Of a stretch of 64,000 bases of DNA, positions 1 to 13,970 are shown piece by piece. Source of the DNA: Monocercomonoides exilis PA203 (taxonomy: Eukaryota; Protista; Preaxostyla). The notes beneath the pieces were generated by a model. The model was not told the DNA's origin and did no database searches. It saw only the letters and a list, made by a program, of their open reading frames with translations. The DNA lies in NCBI GenBank assembly GCA_001643675.2, contig LSRY02000005.1, positions 1,612,001 through 1,676,000 of the forward strand. The letters are read 5' to 3'. A program made the translations under genes and the position numbers. Position 1 is the stretch's first letter. The number at the start of each line of letters is the position of its first letter.

Positions 1-3000
1 GTGGAAAAGTTCATTTTAACAAATCATTAAAGCAAATTCTCATGATGAAACTTTTGAAAGACAAAATCAAATCCTTTTCATTTTTTCTTCACATCAATCT
101 ATCGTAATGCAGAACTGTTTTTGAAACTTGTGATTTGATTCGCTCTGTTGATTTCTCAAACAGTTGAAGACAACATTGAAATGATGAGAAAGAATAATTA
201 AAATGAAAAACAAAAAGAAATCTGTTGTTCTCATCAGCAGAGGAATTAATATGGAACATTGTCAGCTTTATTGAAAGACTTCAATGAAAGGTTTTCATCA
301 ATGAAGTTATTTGATTGGATTTATCTTCTTCCAAAAGCAATCGATTCATAATATTCAACCATGATGACCATGAAAGATGATATTGAAAGAGTGATAAACG
401 AGATTGATGCAAACAAAGCATTTGGATCATATCAGTACAGATGGTGAAAAGCCAAAGAAGAAGTATTTTCTGAAGAATAAAATTTGAAAAAAAAGATAAA
501 TTGATGAGAAATCCAACATTCATATGTTGCTTTGTTTTCTTGAAACGATAATGATAGCAAAAGAAGGATTTCAGTACTGCTCAACTCTGATTGTTCGTTT
601 TCAAAGAATACCAAAGAAAATGAATCATATAACTTGTTGCTTTCTTTATTCACACTGAACAGAAACTTCCTTATCATATGTGTTTCTCAGTTGCTCTGCC
701 TCCATACCTCCAGATACAAAAGAATAAAGAAGAATTTCTTTTTCTCCATCTCAGAAGAAACATTGCCTTGTTAGTCTCCCTTGCTTTTTTGAGTATTTTT
801 CCTTTCTTTGACAACGGATTTCACTGCCTAATGAGTTCAGAAAATAAATTGAAATTGACATCCCATCTTAAAAGTGATAATTTTGTTCTTTGATAATAAA
901 GATGATCTTCACATATTGTTTTTGTTTTCAACAAAAAGATATAACTCATTTCATGAAAAAAGAAAACGAACGTGTCTTTATCTCCATCAACAATCATCAT
1001 TTTCCATTCGTCTCATGAAAGGCTCCACTTCTTATCTGTTCATTTTCCAATTTGTTATTTAAATCTCAATCCAAGTTTGCTTTCCATTGGTCATTTCTTT
1101 CCTTTCAACCTCCTTGAGAGAAGAGAGAATAAAAAGAAAAGAGGACAAGCATTTCACATCATTGTTCCTTGATTGAATATATAGAGAAGAACAAACAGTT
1201 GTTTTTCTTTTTCAACAATGTCGTTTTCTTGTTTTCCTATTCTCTAGAGACAAATTCACTTCTAAAATCAGATTGTGCACACTCTTCAAATAATCAGAAA
1301 TTCCACATCGATCAATCTGAAACAACCTCCTTCATGAATTGTTGAATTGATTTGAAACGTACAAATGTGTTTCTTTTCGGTCTTTTTCAATTCAGTCATT
1401 TCATTTTGCTCTACACTCTTTGACATTGTTTTTGACAAATCAAATCAATTGGAATTGAAATTGCCCCACTATCATTTTATCAAACAATCAACAATGTTTT
1501 TGTGCTCCAACCTCTTTAATTGAAATGAAAACTGCATTTGAGAGACATGAATCCTGCATTGTGTAATTCTGAATGAAAGGATATGAGCGGAGTCAGCACA
1601 AAGATGGAGCACTTGAAATGACTTCAAAGTGAAAGTTTTCAATTCTTTTTTATTTTTGGCATTCTTTTCAATTCCTTTTATGATTGTGATTTTTTTTGAT
1701 AAGCTTTTCTGTGAGTTGGAGTGTTGCATGGAAATAGAGAAGAAGCAGAGAATTGAAGAGATAAATGAGGTGATGCACAAAAGGGAGAAAGAAGAGATTG
1801 TTTTTGTTATTCAGAAAGAATTGTTCAGTTTTATTGAGAAATCGATTGAAGAAAAGAAATCGATGGTGGAAAGAGCCATTCTGATACTGAAGCTAGTGGG
1901 ATATTCAACAGTGATGAGATGAATTCTGAGTGGTTGTTTTTTTGTAACTCTTCATTGAGCAGATTATTCGACAGGATAAATATCGTTGGAAAAAAGAGTG
2001 AAGAACTTCTTGTTGATCTTTGCAAATGCCCTCTTCTGCTGGACAACATGTGATCATCGAACTTCCATGAAATCGTCATGTCTTGTCTTCCGAAAGCTTG
2101 ACTGAGCAAAGAAGAAAGAAAAGCAATTCAAAAAGAAGTGGAAATGGAATTGTTGACTTTGAGTCGTTTTGGAGTGTTTGAGGAGTGAAATTGAGCTGTC
2201 ATTGCTGGTTCGGGAAACACGTTGGTGTTTTCATCAAATGGGAAACAGAAAAGAGAAATAGAGCTGTTTTTCGAGGAGATGAGATAAATCATCGAAAATG
2301 AAGAAGAACACAGAAATCTGACAAAACAAGCATTTGAATGTTCATGGCAGATTCCGTTCATCAGAAGTTTTGAAAAAGGTGGTTGCAGAAGAGATGAATT
2401 TTGTGAGAGAGGTTTCAAGAGAACTGGATGAGTTGATGAGACAGGTGGATTTGAAGATGAAAGAAGATGAGAAGGAGGAAAAGGAAGATGAATGAGATAA
2501 ATTTTTAACTTTCGTTTTTCTTGATGAAAATGAAAGATGAAGAATATTTCAAATTGAGTGAGTGTATAGTGAGTATGTGTTGAAAAGCAAGAGTGAATAA
2601 AAGCGAAACTTTTCGCATATTTCTTTCTTTTTTTCAAGGAAACAGCAAATCTCAAAGACACACATTGGGACTTTGTTTGAGGCTGTTATTGTGGACTGGA
2701 TTTCAAAGGAAATGCAGAAATCAACACAAAATGAAAAAGAAGTCCATTGTTGTTAAAATTCGGTTTGAGTTTCTTTCAAGAAGAATGAAAGAAAGAACAA
2801 ATAATGAAGAAGATGAAGCAAAAAGAAATTCTGCATTAAAAGAAGATGATTGAAAAGTGTAAAGAAGAAGCATTGGAAGATTTCATAATTGGATTGCATG
2901 ATTAGGTGATGAAAAGAATGTTTTGATTCAACTGTTTATTAGGTTTTTTATTAGGATCATCTTTTTGAACCTTTGTTTCGGAAGTATTTGTTGAAAAGTT

Positions 3001-3035
3001 CGTTCATCACTCCAACAACTTGAAAAAGAAGAAAG
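1..3035 (+). repeat. ~3 kb diverged repeat, inverted copy at 40623-43660
   Basis: Positions 1-320 align by eye with the reverse complement of 43350-43660 (e.g. aatgcagaactgtttttgaaacttg, aattaatatggaacattgtcagcttt). Similarity continues to gaaaagttcgttcatc...gaaaaagaagaaag at ~2993-3035 versus ~40623-40665. Confidence 0.9.
1690..3035 (+). pseudogene. Decayed member of an expanded helical-repeat protein family
   Basis: Fragments FDKLFCELECCMEIEKKQRIEEINEVM, IENEEEHRNLTKQAFECSWQ and REVSRELDELMRQVDLK are broken by stops and frameshifts. A paralogous relic lies at 40623-41982 (-). Confidence 0.7.
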
Positions 3036-3279
3036 AAAGAAAGAAAGAAAAAGTGATAAAAAAACAGCATCATGAATATTTCGATAGACTTTTTATGATT
3101 CATACATATTCATTCGAATGATTGTTTTTAAAAATGAAAGAACTAACATTTTCCAAAAAATCAAGAAAAAAACGTTTAAATTATTTATTGTTAATTATCA
3201 AACAGAATTGTTGAAGAAATGTCAAAATTCTTTTTGACCGATGTGTTAATTTGAATTGCGTTGAATAAAAATAATTAAA

Positions 3280-6162
3280 TCATGCTTTTAACCGACTGTG
3301 ATTTATCTTGCTTCTATCTGCAAAACAAACGTATTCACGTTCAGTTGTATCACTTTCGCTTTCTTCAACTTCATCATCTTCATCATCTTCACCTTCCTCC
3401 TCTTCTTCTTCTTCCTCTTCTTCTTCTTCAGCTTCTTCAGCTTCTTCCTCGGATTTTTCTTCATTTTCTTCTTTGCTATCGTTTCCGCTTTTTTCATTTT
3501 CTTCAAAAACATTTCTTCCTGTGTAAATTTCTTCTTCTTTTCGAGATCTTTCTTTAAAGATATTAGATGATTTCTTTGATCCAACATGCTTTGACTTCGC
3601 AGAAGACTGGAATGTAGAACTAACTGAAGATGGATTTTGAGAAGAAAGCATTTCATCAAAATTGTAATGTTCTGAATAATTAGATTGAGGTGCAAATTTA
3701 TCAGATGAAGAAGAAGGAATCTGCTTATGAGGATGTGGAGTGTCAATGCTTGTTGAGGCCTCTACGAGATGCGTCGGAAGAGGCGATGATGAGGAGAAAG
3801 ATGTCTGATGTTTTGATTCATTACTCTCAATGGACGGATTAGAACGAGAAGAAAGCTGCCTTACAGATACACACGATGTGGGGAATATTCCTTTTCCTTC
3901 TTCATCGAAACTTTCCTCGCTTTCCGTTTTTGTAGAACTTTCGCTTTCAGCATCTGCATTTGAAGCAATTTTTGAAGAATTTGATTCATCTTTTATCACA
4001 TATTTCTTTTCACTTCTACGATGATATCTCTTTTCACTTCTGCTTCTTCGTTTCGGTTCTTTCGATTCGTGCTTCTGACTCCTCTTGCTCTTCTTTTGCT
4101 TCTCTTTTCTATTTTGTGCTTTCATTTCTTTTTCAGTATTCATTTTCTCTTCCTCTAAGAGCTCCCAAAATAATTCTTCCTCGTATTTCTCCTTTTCAAG
4201 TTTTGTCATTTTATCTTTAGTTTTTGTAGACTTTGTAGATTGAAGCTCTTCTTTTCTGTTTTCATTGCGAGGCAATCTTTCACCACTTCTCGCTTTTCGT
4301 TTATGCGAAGCATTACGCGGAGCTCTTACTGACATTGGCTGGGCCTGTAGCCTTCTAAGAATTTGAAACAGTTCTCTCACGCCATATATCGTTTTTCCCT
4401 TATTCCCAAATCCGTCCTCCTTTGTTGTCTGTGCAAGATACTTTGAAGTGAATTCATCGATTTCTAAGTTTTCAGCTGTTTGTTTTTTCTCTTGTGAGAT
4501 TTTCCTGCTTCCTGACAGTTTCTGCTTTCTATTATACGTTGTTCTGCTATCAACACTATGCGACATCCGTAATCCCGCTGAATCAAAATCATTCCTGTCA
4601 TCTTCGTCAAACGAAGATGCGCTGTATCCTCTCATTGCCTGCTTCCTCCGAACTAATCGTTGATTTCTCGCCTGTTCCGCTTTGAGAAGCCTCTTTAAGT
4701 GCTTTATCTCTTCGTTCAGCCGAACAACGCTCTGAGGCCTTGCCTGGCTTGCAAGTCGCTTTGACAATTGCTTTTTCCTTTTGGCACTCGCAGCTTCGGC
4801 TTCGATTTTTGATTGCTCCCTTTTCCTGAAAATCCTGTTTATCTGCAGAATCAATGATGGCAGAAATGTGAACGGAAGAGAAGGGAGATTGGACAGCGGA
4901 ACTGATGCTGCGGGGAGAGGAGGCATTGAAGACGAAGAACGAGGATTGGTGAATGAAGAAGAGGATTGCGGAGTACTCGCAGAATAAGCCTGCGACTGAT
5001 CAAAAACGCTCGAAGGAAAATGGACAAGGCAATCAAGAGGCATCCAAATTGTTTCTTCGTCGTTTAAAGGAGGTATTTGTGATGATTGTGAAGTGTCTCT
5101 CTTGTTAACTCCTTTTTTATTATCACCTTTTTTGGGATCAAGTCCACGATATGATGCTTTCTTTGCTTCACGTTCTGCAATGCGTTTGCATCTTATTTCA
5201 TCAGCTTTGAACTGCTCAAATTCAATTGAAGAAGCGATGCAATACTCCTCTGTGCCTTTCTTCACTTGCTCTCCAAAATATGAATATTCAGGGAATTTTT
5301 CGAGGATTGCAATTAATCTTTGTTGAGAGCGAGAAAGAAGGCGATTCGCTAAAAGCAGCTTGGAACAATTTGTTTTCGTCTTTTCAAATTCGCAAAGTTG
5401 TTCTTTCAGATCGTCAACTTCATCTAACAAATCATCATTGTTATCCTCTTCTTCAAGTAGTTTTTTTTCAATATTCCTTTTATCATTCTCAACTGATTTC
5501 AAATCGTGTTCAAGTTGGAGAGTTTTGGCTATCAAACTTGAAATATCTTTCGCTTGTTGAGAGGAATTCGATTTTTCTTGTTGAAAAGAGGTTGTCTGAT
5601 ATCAAAAAAAAAAAAAAAAATCAGTGAAAAATATCAAATTTTTCAAAAATGAAAAATGAATGTTTTGGAAATGTTATTTGGAGTTACATACAAGATTTTC
5701 GTTCAATTGCCGCAACGCAGCGACATCTAAAACATGAGCTTGCTTTTCATCTTCAAAGTTTTGAAGATGAATTGAATTTTCATTTTTTAATTGTTGCACT
5801 GTCATTTTTTCCGTTTGTAATGATATTTCAAGATCGTGTATATGTATTTCAGCATCTTTGATCCTTTGTTGAAGTTGATCATTCGAGTTTTGAAAAAAGC
5901 GACTTGTTGTTCGAAGTTCGTCAACAGCATCATTTAACTCTTGGTTTTTCTTTGTTAGATGCTCAATCTCTGTTGAATACTTTTTGTAAATAGTATTTGC
6001 TGCACTTTTAACGTGACTTTTATATTCATTCCAAGCTTTTTGCAAATTGTTTTGGTCATCATCTTTTAAGCTACATGATCCTGAAAGCAAAATTGAAATC
6101 TCATCTTTTTCGCTTAATATAAAATTTTGAAGTGTTAACGAGTCATTAAAAAACGATTTCAT
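3280..6162 (-). CDS. Coiled-coil, charged low-complexity protein (2 exons)
   Basis: ORFs 5674-6222 and 3280-5535 share a frame and are joined by a 96-nt GTATGT...AG intron (5691-5596), giving ...NENL|TTSFQQEK...LIAK. First ATG is at 6162 (MKSFF). Heptad-like N-terminus and acidic tail. Confidence 0.75.
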
Positions 6163-6370
6163 GTAAATATCTTTTAAAAAAAGTTTAATCAATGAATATT
6201 TTCTTAAGGGTATTCTTTTCAAAATCCAAATTTTTGAGAATTTTCATCATTGTAATCTAACACTTTAATAGAGAAAAAACAAAAATTTCCGTTGAATATC
6301 AAAAAATTAATTTCTATGTATTATTTCAAACAAAATCGAAATTGATTAATTTTATTAAAAAGCAAATTGA

Positions 6371-6404
<34 letters not shown>

Positions 6405-6561
6405 ATTAACCTTCAAAAACATATAAAAATGAGTTTAAGAAGCTATTTTTCAATTAAAAATAAAATAAAATTCTAAAGTGTTTCCCTGAAGTTTTTTATT
6501 TCAAATGTTGCTCTTATAAGCAAGCAAACGAAAAGTTATAAAAAATAATATTTTGAATGCT

Positions 6562-9500
6562 TTACGAAACGACACATCCCTCAAATCCTGTTCTTCTTTT
6601 GTTTTTTGATTGGCTGATGTTATCTTTAATCTTCTTTCTCTTTGCTTCCTTCTCTTCCTGTGTCAGTGGAACACCAATCTCTCCAGGCTTCCATATCACA
6701 ACATAGCAGTCAATGCCTGAAGTGGCTATTGTCCCATCCAATGGAGACTGAACAACACAATTGACAACATTCTCATGCGCTTGCAAAATAGATACAACCG
6801 CGTCATCACTGCTTATGTTACTTTCATTTGTTTCATTTCTTTCTTTTTCTTCATTTTCTTCTTTTTTCTCTCTGTTAGTTGATTCGCTCTCTGAACGAAA
6901 ATGACTTTTGCCATTTGTGAATGGATAATGATGTGGGCTTCTAAGAATATCAGATGAATAATTCTCATTTGATGTTAAAGAAGAAACCTGCTTTCCTGAA
7001 ATACTGTTTCTTCTCATTCTTGTTGCTTCACCATTAGACGTCCTTCGCATTTTAGACAAATCATACAAAACTGCCTTTGAGTCATCGCTTCCAATTGCCA
7101 CAATATTTGGCGACAGAGGGAAAAAGAAAACGTTCTTTATTGTATCATAGCTAATATGTGAAGATAACAGTAAAGGAGGCGAAAAGCGCTTTTGCCTCAG
7201 ATTTATGTACGTGCATTCAAAATTCTGAGCACATCGGACTTTCTTTGGAACAAAAGAGGCAGAATGACTCGAAGCACCAACAGATGCTTTCGACGCAGAG
7301 GAACGAAAGGAGGAAAAAGAAGCAGTTGATGGCTCTAAAATCGTTCGCACTCTGCTGTGAGGTTTAAAGTCCGCAGGCTCAGACACTGTTACCACCCGTT
7401 CATTGGCACTTTGAATCACAGGCACTTCTTCTGCATCCTCTTCATCTGGAACAGGACTTTCTTGTCCGTCTGTGCTTTCAAAAAGCGTGTGAGTGTTAGC
7501 ATCAGCAGGAGGTTGTTCCAGAAGGCTTGGAGTTTCGCTGCTTCTATCATTGTTAGCTTCCTTCTCAGAGTCAGTTCTCTCTTCGGTATTTCTTTGCTCC
7601 GCTTCTATTTCTTCACTACTCGCCCTTCTACCTCTTTCATCAGATTCTTCAAAAGCGACGTTGCTCAAATGCTCTGTCTCGCCGTGAGCAATCAGAGGAT
7701 CACCTATTTCTCTATCAGCTGCCTCTTCGTGGTGCTCGCTATCATTTGCTCCAAAATCATAAAAGTCAAAATAATCCCACGGAACATTATCAGGATTGAA
7801 ATGGAGATCTTCAACTTCTGGAGGAAAAATTGGGAAATGTATTTCATTTTCAAGCTCGTCCAACGAACTTTCCTCATCAAGATCAGAATCCATTTCGAAT
7901 AAAAAGCTGTCGAAATGATCTGGCATCTCAATTTCCATATCTCCCATTCCTTCTGTCATCATCACGTCCTCTTCATCCGCAAACATATGATAAGGAAAAA
8001 CTGCCTCTGACGCTCTATCAGAAGATTCATCACTAGTAGGCTCTTCAATGTTTTGCTGCAGCCACATATCAACTTTTCTTTGCTGCTTTCGTCTGAGTTT
8101 TTGTGCGCGTTCAAAGATCGGAGAAGAGCGCCTGATAACCCAGGAAAGTGCTGAAGATGAAAAAGACTTCTGAGTCTTTGGTGTTGTAGCTTCTGCTGCT
8201 GATGAAGATGAAGAAGAAGAGAATGAAGGAAATGAAGAACATGAAGAAGACGATGAATTTGCTTCAAAGCAGCTTGTCAGTGTATCTATCAATGCAAGCG
8301 AAGATGCATATCCTTCATGACAGCATCCAGTGTTGTTTTCGTCTCTCGAGAAAGGCAAGCGCAAAGGAAGAGCCTGCGACCATTTGGGTGAAGTTCCTCG
8401 AATTCTGTCGTTGTCTCTTAAAAGAGAAGGATACGAGAATGCAAAAGACAGGGACGGGTCTGATTTCAATTGAGTTGATAAACTATTATATTTTGGGGAT
8501 AATTCGATTTTATTTAATTCTTTAATTTGATCACAATCTGTTGAACTTTCTGAAGCTTCAGTAGAAATCGGTAAAAGACTTTCATAAAAATGCAAAGTTT
8601 CGTCTTCTTGACAATCTTTTATATCAAGCAGATCAGAATCAGAATTATCAAAAGCCAGCATCGCATGAGAACCAGAAATGCACAAACTTTTAACAACAGG
8701 CTTGTTGAAGCGAAATCTAGAACTGGAAGAATTACCGACGAAATCTGAAAAAGTTCTGGTGTTCTTATCTCCGGCATCCGAATGACAGTTACAATCTTCA
8801 TTCAAAGCAGCGCATTTTGCATCTGTCTCATTTTCCTCTGCGCTTGCAATTATTTCTACTTCCTTTTCCGCTTCCTTTGAGTGCCTCGCATCGGCTACAG
8901 ACTCTTCTCTGTTGCGCAGAATGTTCTGCTCCACATCAAACACGAAGATGCCGTTGCTGTGCGACTGAACAGCGATCTTCGTGCCTGTTGGATCAAACGC
9001 ACAGCCTGTCATATCAGATTTGACCAAATCGTTCAGACATCCTCCGTCAGCAAGCGAAGCGAATGAAGAATCTTCATTGGAATTGCCACCATCGTCGCTG
9101 CTATCGTCAGTTTCGCTGTTGTTAGTGTCTTGTTCCCAAGCCTCATCTCCATCGCAATTAGCATCATTCTCCGAATCTTCAAAGAATAGTTCGTTTCTTA
9201 TTCTCTTCCTCTTCCAAGTTCCGTTTTTATTGTTTTTGTTGTTTTTTTTTTTTTTATTCTTTTTTTTCACGTTCACAGGCAAGTTCACAGCGATTCTCCC
9301 TTCTTTCTCCTGCCGAAATGCGTCGTTGCTGTTCCAGAACATGTTCACAACAGACAGCTCTGGCCGGTGGTCAACAATCATCCGGAGGTCGAATAGCTGC
9401 ACCGTCCCGCCGCCACACGCTACAGCAAACGTGGTGCCGTTTGGGTGGATATCCACAGAATGCAGCATCCGCCGCTCGTCAAGCTCAAAAGTCGAGAAAT

Positions 9501-10905
9501 AACTTCTGGCCGGATGCATAAGTGGGGAAGAAGAAGACGACGACGATGAGGAGGAGAAAGAAGGCAATGAAGAAGAAGAAGATGATGATGATGATGATGG
9601 TGATGGTGATGATGATGATGATGATGATGATTGTGAAGGTGTTAAAGAAGTTGTGGTTGGCTTTGAAGTTGTAACATCAGAAGTTGCATTATGCATATCT
9701 ACGAATTCATCATTGCTAATTCGAGAGAATCGTTCTTCCGTTGCAGAAGGGCTGATTTCATATAATCTATCTTTTTCGTCACAACTTTGAATATCACTTT
9801 CTGACAATTCGTCTTCATCAAAATAATCATCTAAATCGTTGTCATCTTCGTCGTTGAAGTCTTCTTCTCGAGAAATCAAATCAACATGTGGACGAAGGCT
9901 TGAGAATGTGTTGCTTGCTTTTTCTCTCCGTGACCTAGATGGCCTTTGCGCATGTGCTTGCCCGTCAGCAGAAGAATCTGCTTTCTCGTTTGTCTTCTTT
10001 GCCTTCTTTGCCTTATTTCGCTTACGTATCACGCAGGCATCCATAAAATCGTTAAGGTTCATTTTATCTCCAAACTGAAGAACAAGTGAAGAGTTATATC
10101 CTTCAAAAGCATCTTCAGCAAGCCATTGTGTTGATAACGGAATCTGACTGTTGCATTTGTTCCGATACCATTTCTTCCATTCTTTTCGTCCGGCAAATCC
10201 CAGTGATGATTTAAAAGTACTTCCTCTTAAAGCATTTATGCGAAAACGAGTTGATCTGAATCCTCCTCCATCTGCTTGGGATAAAAAATGTTTGCCTTTT
10301 GCAACAAAAGGAGCACGTTTCGTCGTAGGACGAGTAATTGTTCCTGGGTAATGCATTCGAGTGTCAAACAGTCGAACAGTGCCATCGAATGAGCATGACA
10401 TAAAACAGTCTGGCTGCATTTGATTTACGCACAAAGACATAACTTTCCTTCGATGATGCGTAAAATATGTTCCATAGTTTTGTTCAATACTGTGATGAAT
10501 GATAAAAGAATCATTTCCACCTGATAAAAGATCATTTGGACTTTTATGAGGAAAAAACGAAAGTGAAAAAACATTGGTTGAATGACCATAAACTGTCGAC
10601 AAGCAATCCCCTGAATGATAGTTCCATAGCTTTGTAGTGGAGTCATCTGATCCAGTTGCTTTAATATCATCATTCAAAAGTTACACTTAATTAAAAAATG
10701 ATGAAATCAAACCGAGTATGTATTTGTGCTTATGAAATGCAAGTGCATTAACGCATTCGCGATGTCCTTTTAATTTTACAATCGGCTCAAGTGAATCAGT
10801 GTACGAGCTTGTCGAAAAAATACGTGAAAATTCTCGAAATTGCTTTTGCTGGCTAAAAGAACTGAATGAGTGTATTTTCTTGTTTTCTTGGTAAGTTGAA
10901 TTCAT
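6562..10905 (-). CDS. WD40-repeat protein, DCAF8/WDTC1-like, with C-terminal CaaX (CVVS)
   Basis: WD repeats LKGHRECVNALAF..ATGSDDSTTKLW, FMSCSFDGTVRLFDTR and AHENVVNCV..ATSGIDCYVVIWKP. A 54-nt GT-AG intron (10712-10659) restores ILATGSDD. The protein ends in CVVS*. Confidence 0.8.
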
Positions 10906-10993
10906 TTAAACAGATAATAAGCGGCTTCAATGTAGTTAACTTCACAGTGATTATCTTTTGATAACTTGATCATAATATAGCCATAAGAAAATT

Positions 10994-12929
10994 ATGTTAT
11001 TATTTTTAGTTTTTTTATTTTTCTTTTTACTGCAATCATTTTGCACTAATTGGGCTATTGTAGTTGCTGGCTCTTATGGATATCGAAATTATAGGCATGT
11101 AAATGTATTTTGTTATACAATTGCAATTAATTGTTTTTAAAGGCATCAAAGTGATGTTTTTCATGCTTATCAGGTGCTTCTTGAGAGAGGGTTCGATGAT
11201 GACCATATCATCATGATGGCAGTTTGAAATATATTTTTGATTCTGCTTTGTTAATTTTTCTAAAAGTATGACGATGTTGTAACAGCATCTGAGAACAAAT
11301 TCCCTGGAATGATGTTCAATGCGCCAGATGGTCAAAATAACTATCCAGTATTCTTATGCGATATATGTAACTCATTTTTCTATTTATCTTAAAATTTTAG
11401 GGTGCTGAAAAAATCGATTATAGAGGAAGAGATTGCACTGCAAAAAATTTTCTTGCAGCACTTTCTGGGGATGAAGAAACAGCTTCGGGACCTGTTCTAC
11501 ACAGCACCTCTGTAGACAATATTTTTCTGTTTTATAGCGATCATGGGACTCCTGGAATTCTCACATTTCCTTCTGTGTGCTCAGTTTTTTCATTATAAAA
11601 TTTTAATTACAGATCATTCAATAATTAAACTTAAAACTAGGGAAGTTATCTGCATGCCAAAGATTTTATTGATACTATCGTTAACATGTCAAAGCTTAAT
11701 AAATTTAAAAAGATGCTTATTTACATTGAGGCATGCTACTCTGGATCAATGTTTGAAGATCTGCTCCCATCAAACATTGGAGTTTTTGCTATGACGGCTG
11801 CAAACGGAGAGGAGAACAGTTGGGCAACATATTGTGGAGTGCCATCTTTTGAGACGACATGCCTTGGAGATGAGCTTGCATGCGCATGGATGGAGCATAC
11901 GGAATCAGTGGATATTCATACAACTCATGTCAAAGAGCAAACAAACCTTGTGAAAGAATCGGTAACAAAAAGTCATGTTTGCTTCTTTGGAGATGAAAGA
12001 GTGCTGGATGACATGCTGAGCGATTATCAGCATGCTCTTTCTGGCTTAATACCAGACTCATTTTTACATTTCATTATCAAAGAAAAGGAGAAAAAATACA
12101 CTTCAGCATCTTCTCATTCTAACACTTCTCCAGCACATTCAACTTCTTCAAATCCCCTCACTCAAGACAATTCGCAAGTGATCCGCAAGCAGAGTGGAGT
12201 AAAAACTCCTCCTTTGCACGCGGATCATTCCTTTTCTCTTCATTCTCAATATTTCGGTTTGTTATCCCTCTTTTTTTTTTGAAAAATTTTTGAACACTGA
12301 GTTTTATTAATTTATTTTTTTTTTCTTCTTTAAAAAAAACAAAATTTAATGATAATTTCGAAAATGTCTTTGCTTCCATATTTTTTGAAACCATATCAGA
12401 ATCCACACCACAAGGAATGTCTCATTACACACTTCTTCGAAGAGCAGCACAACAAAGCAACGACCCATCAGTTAAAGCATCTCTTCAGAAGGAGGAAGAG
12501 GCAATGGAACTGGCATCCAACAGAACTTCTCTTCTTCTTTCGTTCTTTGAGCAGCAGCTGAAGAAGAAATTGAACGCAAATACTTCGAATACTACAAATG
12601 TTTTCAATGTGAAATGTTTTTTGGGGGGGAATAACACAAATGGCGAAGCTAATAGCGAAGTGCTGAAACTTGTAGAGCATTCTGAACGAGCGAATGATGT
12701 TGAAAAATACAAAATGTTGCTTGATCTTTACACAGCCAGCTGCGGACCTCCAGACGATTACAGTTTGATTCCTCACTTCAAAATAATGGCAAATGCTGTG
12801 AATGCGAAGCTTGTTGAAGAAGAAGAAGATGTGGTTTCATTTGGAATGTTCTTGAACTCACGTATGTGCAACAATAGAAAAAGAAATGAAGAAAAATTTG
12901 CGGAAAATGTTCATGAAAAGAGTGGTTGA
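10994..12929 (+). CDS. Legumain / asparaginyl endopeptidase (peptidase C13), 6 exons
   Basis: Hydrophobic signal peptide, then NWAIVVAGSYGYRNYRHQSDV, IDYRG, FYSDHG (catalytic His) and YIEACYSGSMF (catalytic Cys). Five short introns restore the frame; the first is 11095-11142. Confidence 0.92.
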
Positions 12930-13589
12930 ACAATAAACAGGGAAATTGAAAAGAATAAAAGACAAATGAAGGAAATTCGAAAGATGTTGGGAAAAATTGC
13001 AAGGTGCCTAAATTGAATGATTGGAATTATGAAAATTATCTGAGGAGAAAAAAAAAAGAGGTTTGTATCGAAAATACGAAAATTTTTTGAAATCAGTTTT
13101 GAACACCTTTTGAAATTAAAAAGTTGCTTGTGGTAGTTTATTCTTTTGGAAAAAAGAGTGGTCTTTACTTTGGAGATTTGTTTTTTTATGATATTTGTGT
13201 TGCTTATTTCATGTTCTTTGTTTTTCAAGAGAGTTTTTCAAAAAAAAAATTTTTTTTTCTCATACAAAAATATGTTAAACAAAAATATAAAATAAAAAAC
13301 GGAAGTTTCAAATGAACAAAAATAAATAAAAAGTCGAAAAGTGCTTCAATTTTTCTTTTCATCAATTAATATATATTATCTTTTAAAATCACATCTTATT
13401 CAAACGAAATAACAAAAACAATCTTTCTGTTTCAAATAACAAAGGCACTGAAATAGATATTTGCATATAAGGTACTCTGGCATAAGGCCACTTAAAGTGT
13501 GCCATCGCATTTAAAAACGAGCTTTGTGAAAATGCTAAATGTTTTCAAGTGAACTTTCATCAACACTCTTAGGTGATGATAATATGTTT

Positions 13590-13590
13590 T

Positions 13591-13625
<35 letters not shown>

Positions 13626-13645
13626 TTCATTTATTTATTTATTTA
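13590..13645. repeat. (TTTA)n microsatellite
   Basis: Read directly from the sequence. Confidence 0.85.
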
Positions 13646-13799
13646 ACTTTTTTTGTGTTTTATTTCTCAAAAACAGCTGTTTCCTTATAGAAATTATGAG
13701 GGTCATAATTTTTCTTTTGACCTTTTTTATATCAAGACCTTTTTTTGTTTAGTCATTATCTTTTCCCACAATTTCACATAAAATAAGAATTTTTAGTAT

Positions 13800-13970
13800 A
13801 TATATAGGGCAAAATATTTCACTTCAGGCATTTTCATTGAAAAATAATGCATTTTCGATTAACTTTTTTATATCAAAAAGCACAATATAAATGGGTCATT
13901 TTTTTGACATTCGTGAAATATTGGTAAAGTGGGTGATTTTTTTTGATATCATAAAAAATTCCGATGTTTG
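13800..13970. repeat. Dispersed non-coding repeat, inverted copy at ~33955-34310
   Basis: caaaatatttcacttcaggcattttcattgaaa and gggtgatttttttgatatcataaaaaa match the reverse complements of ~34270-34302 and ~33962-33990. Confidence 0.7.
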
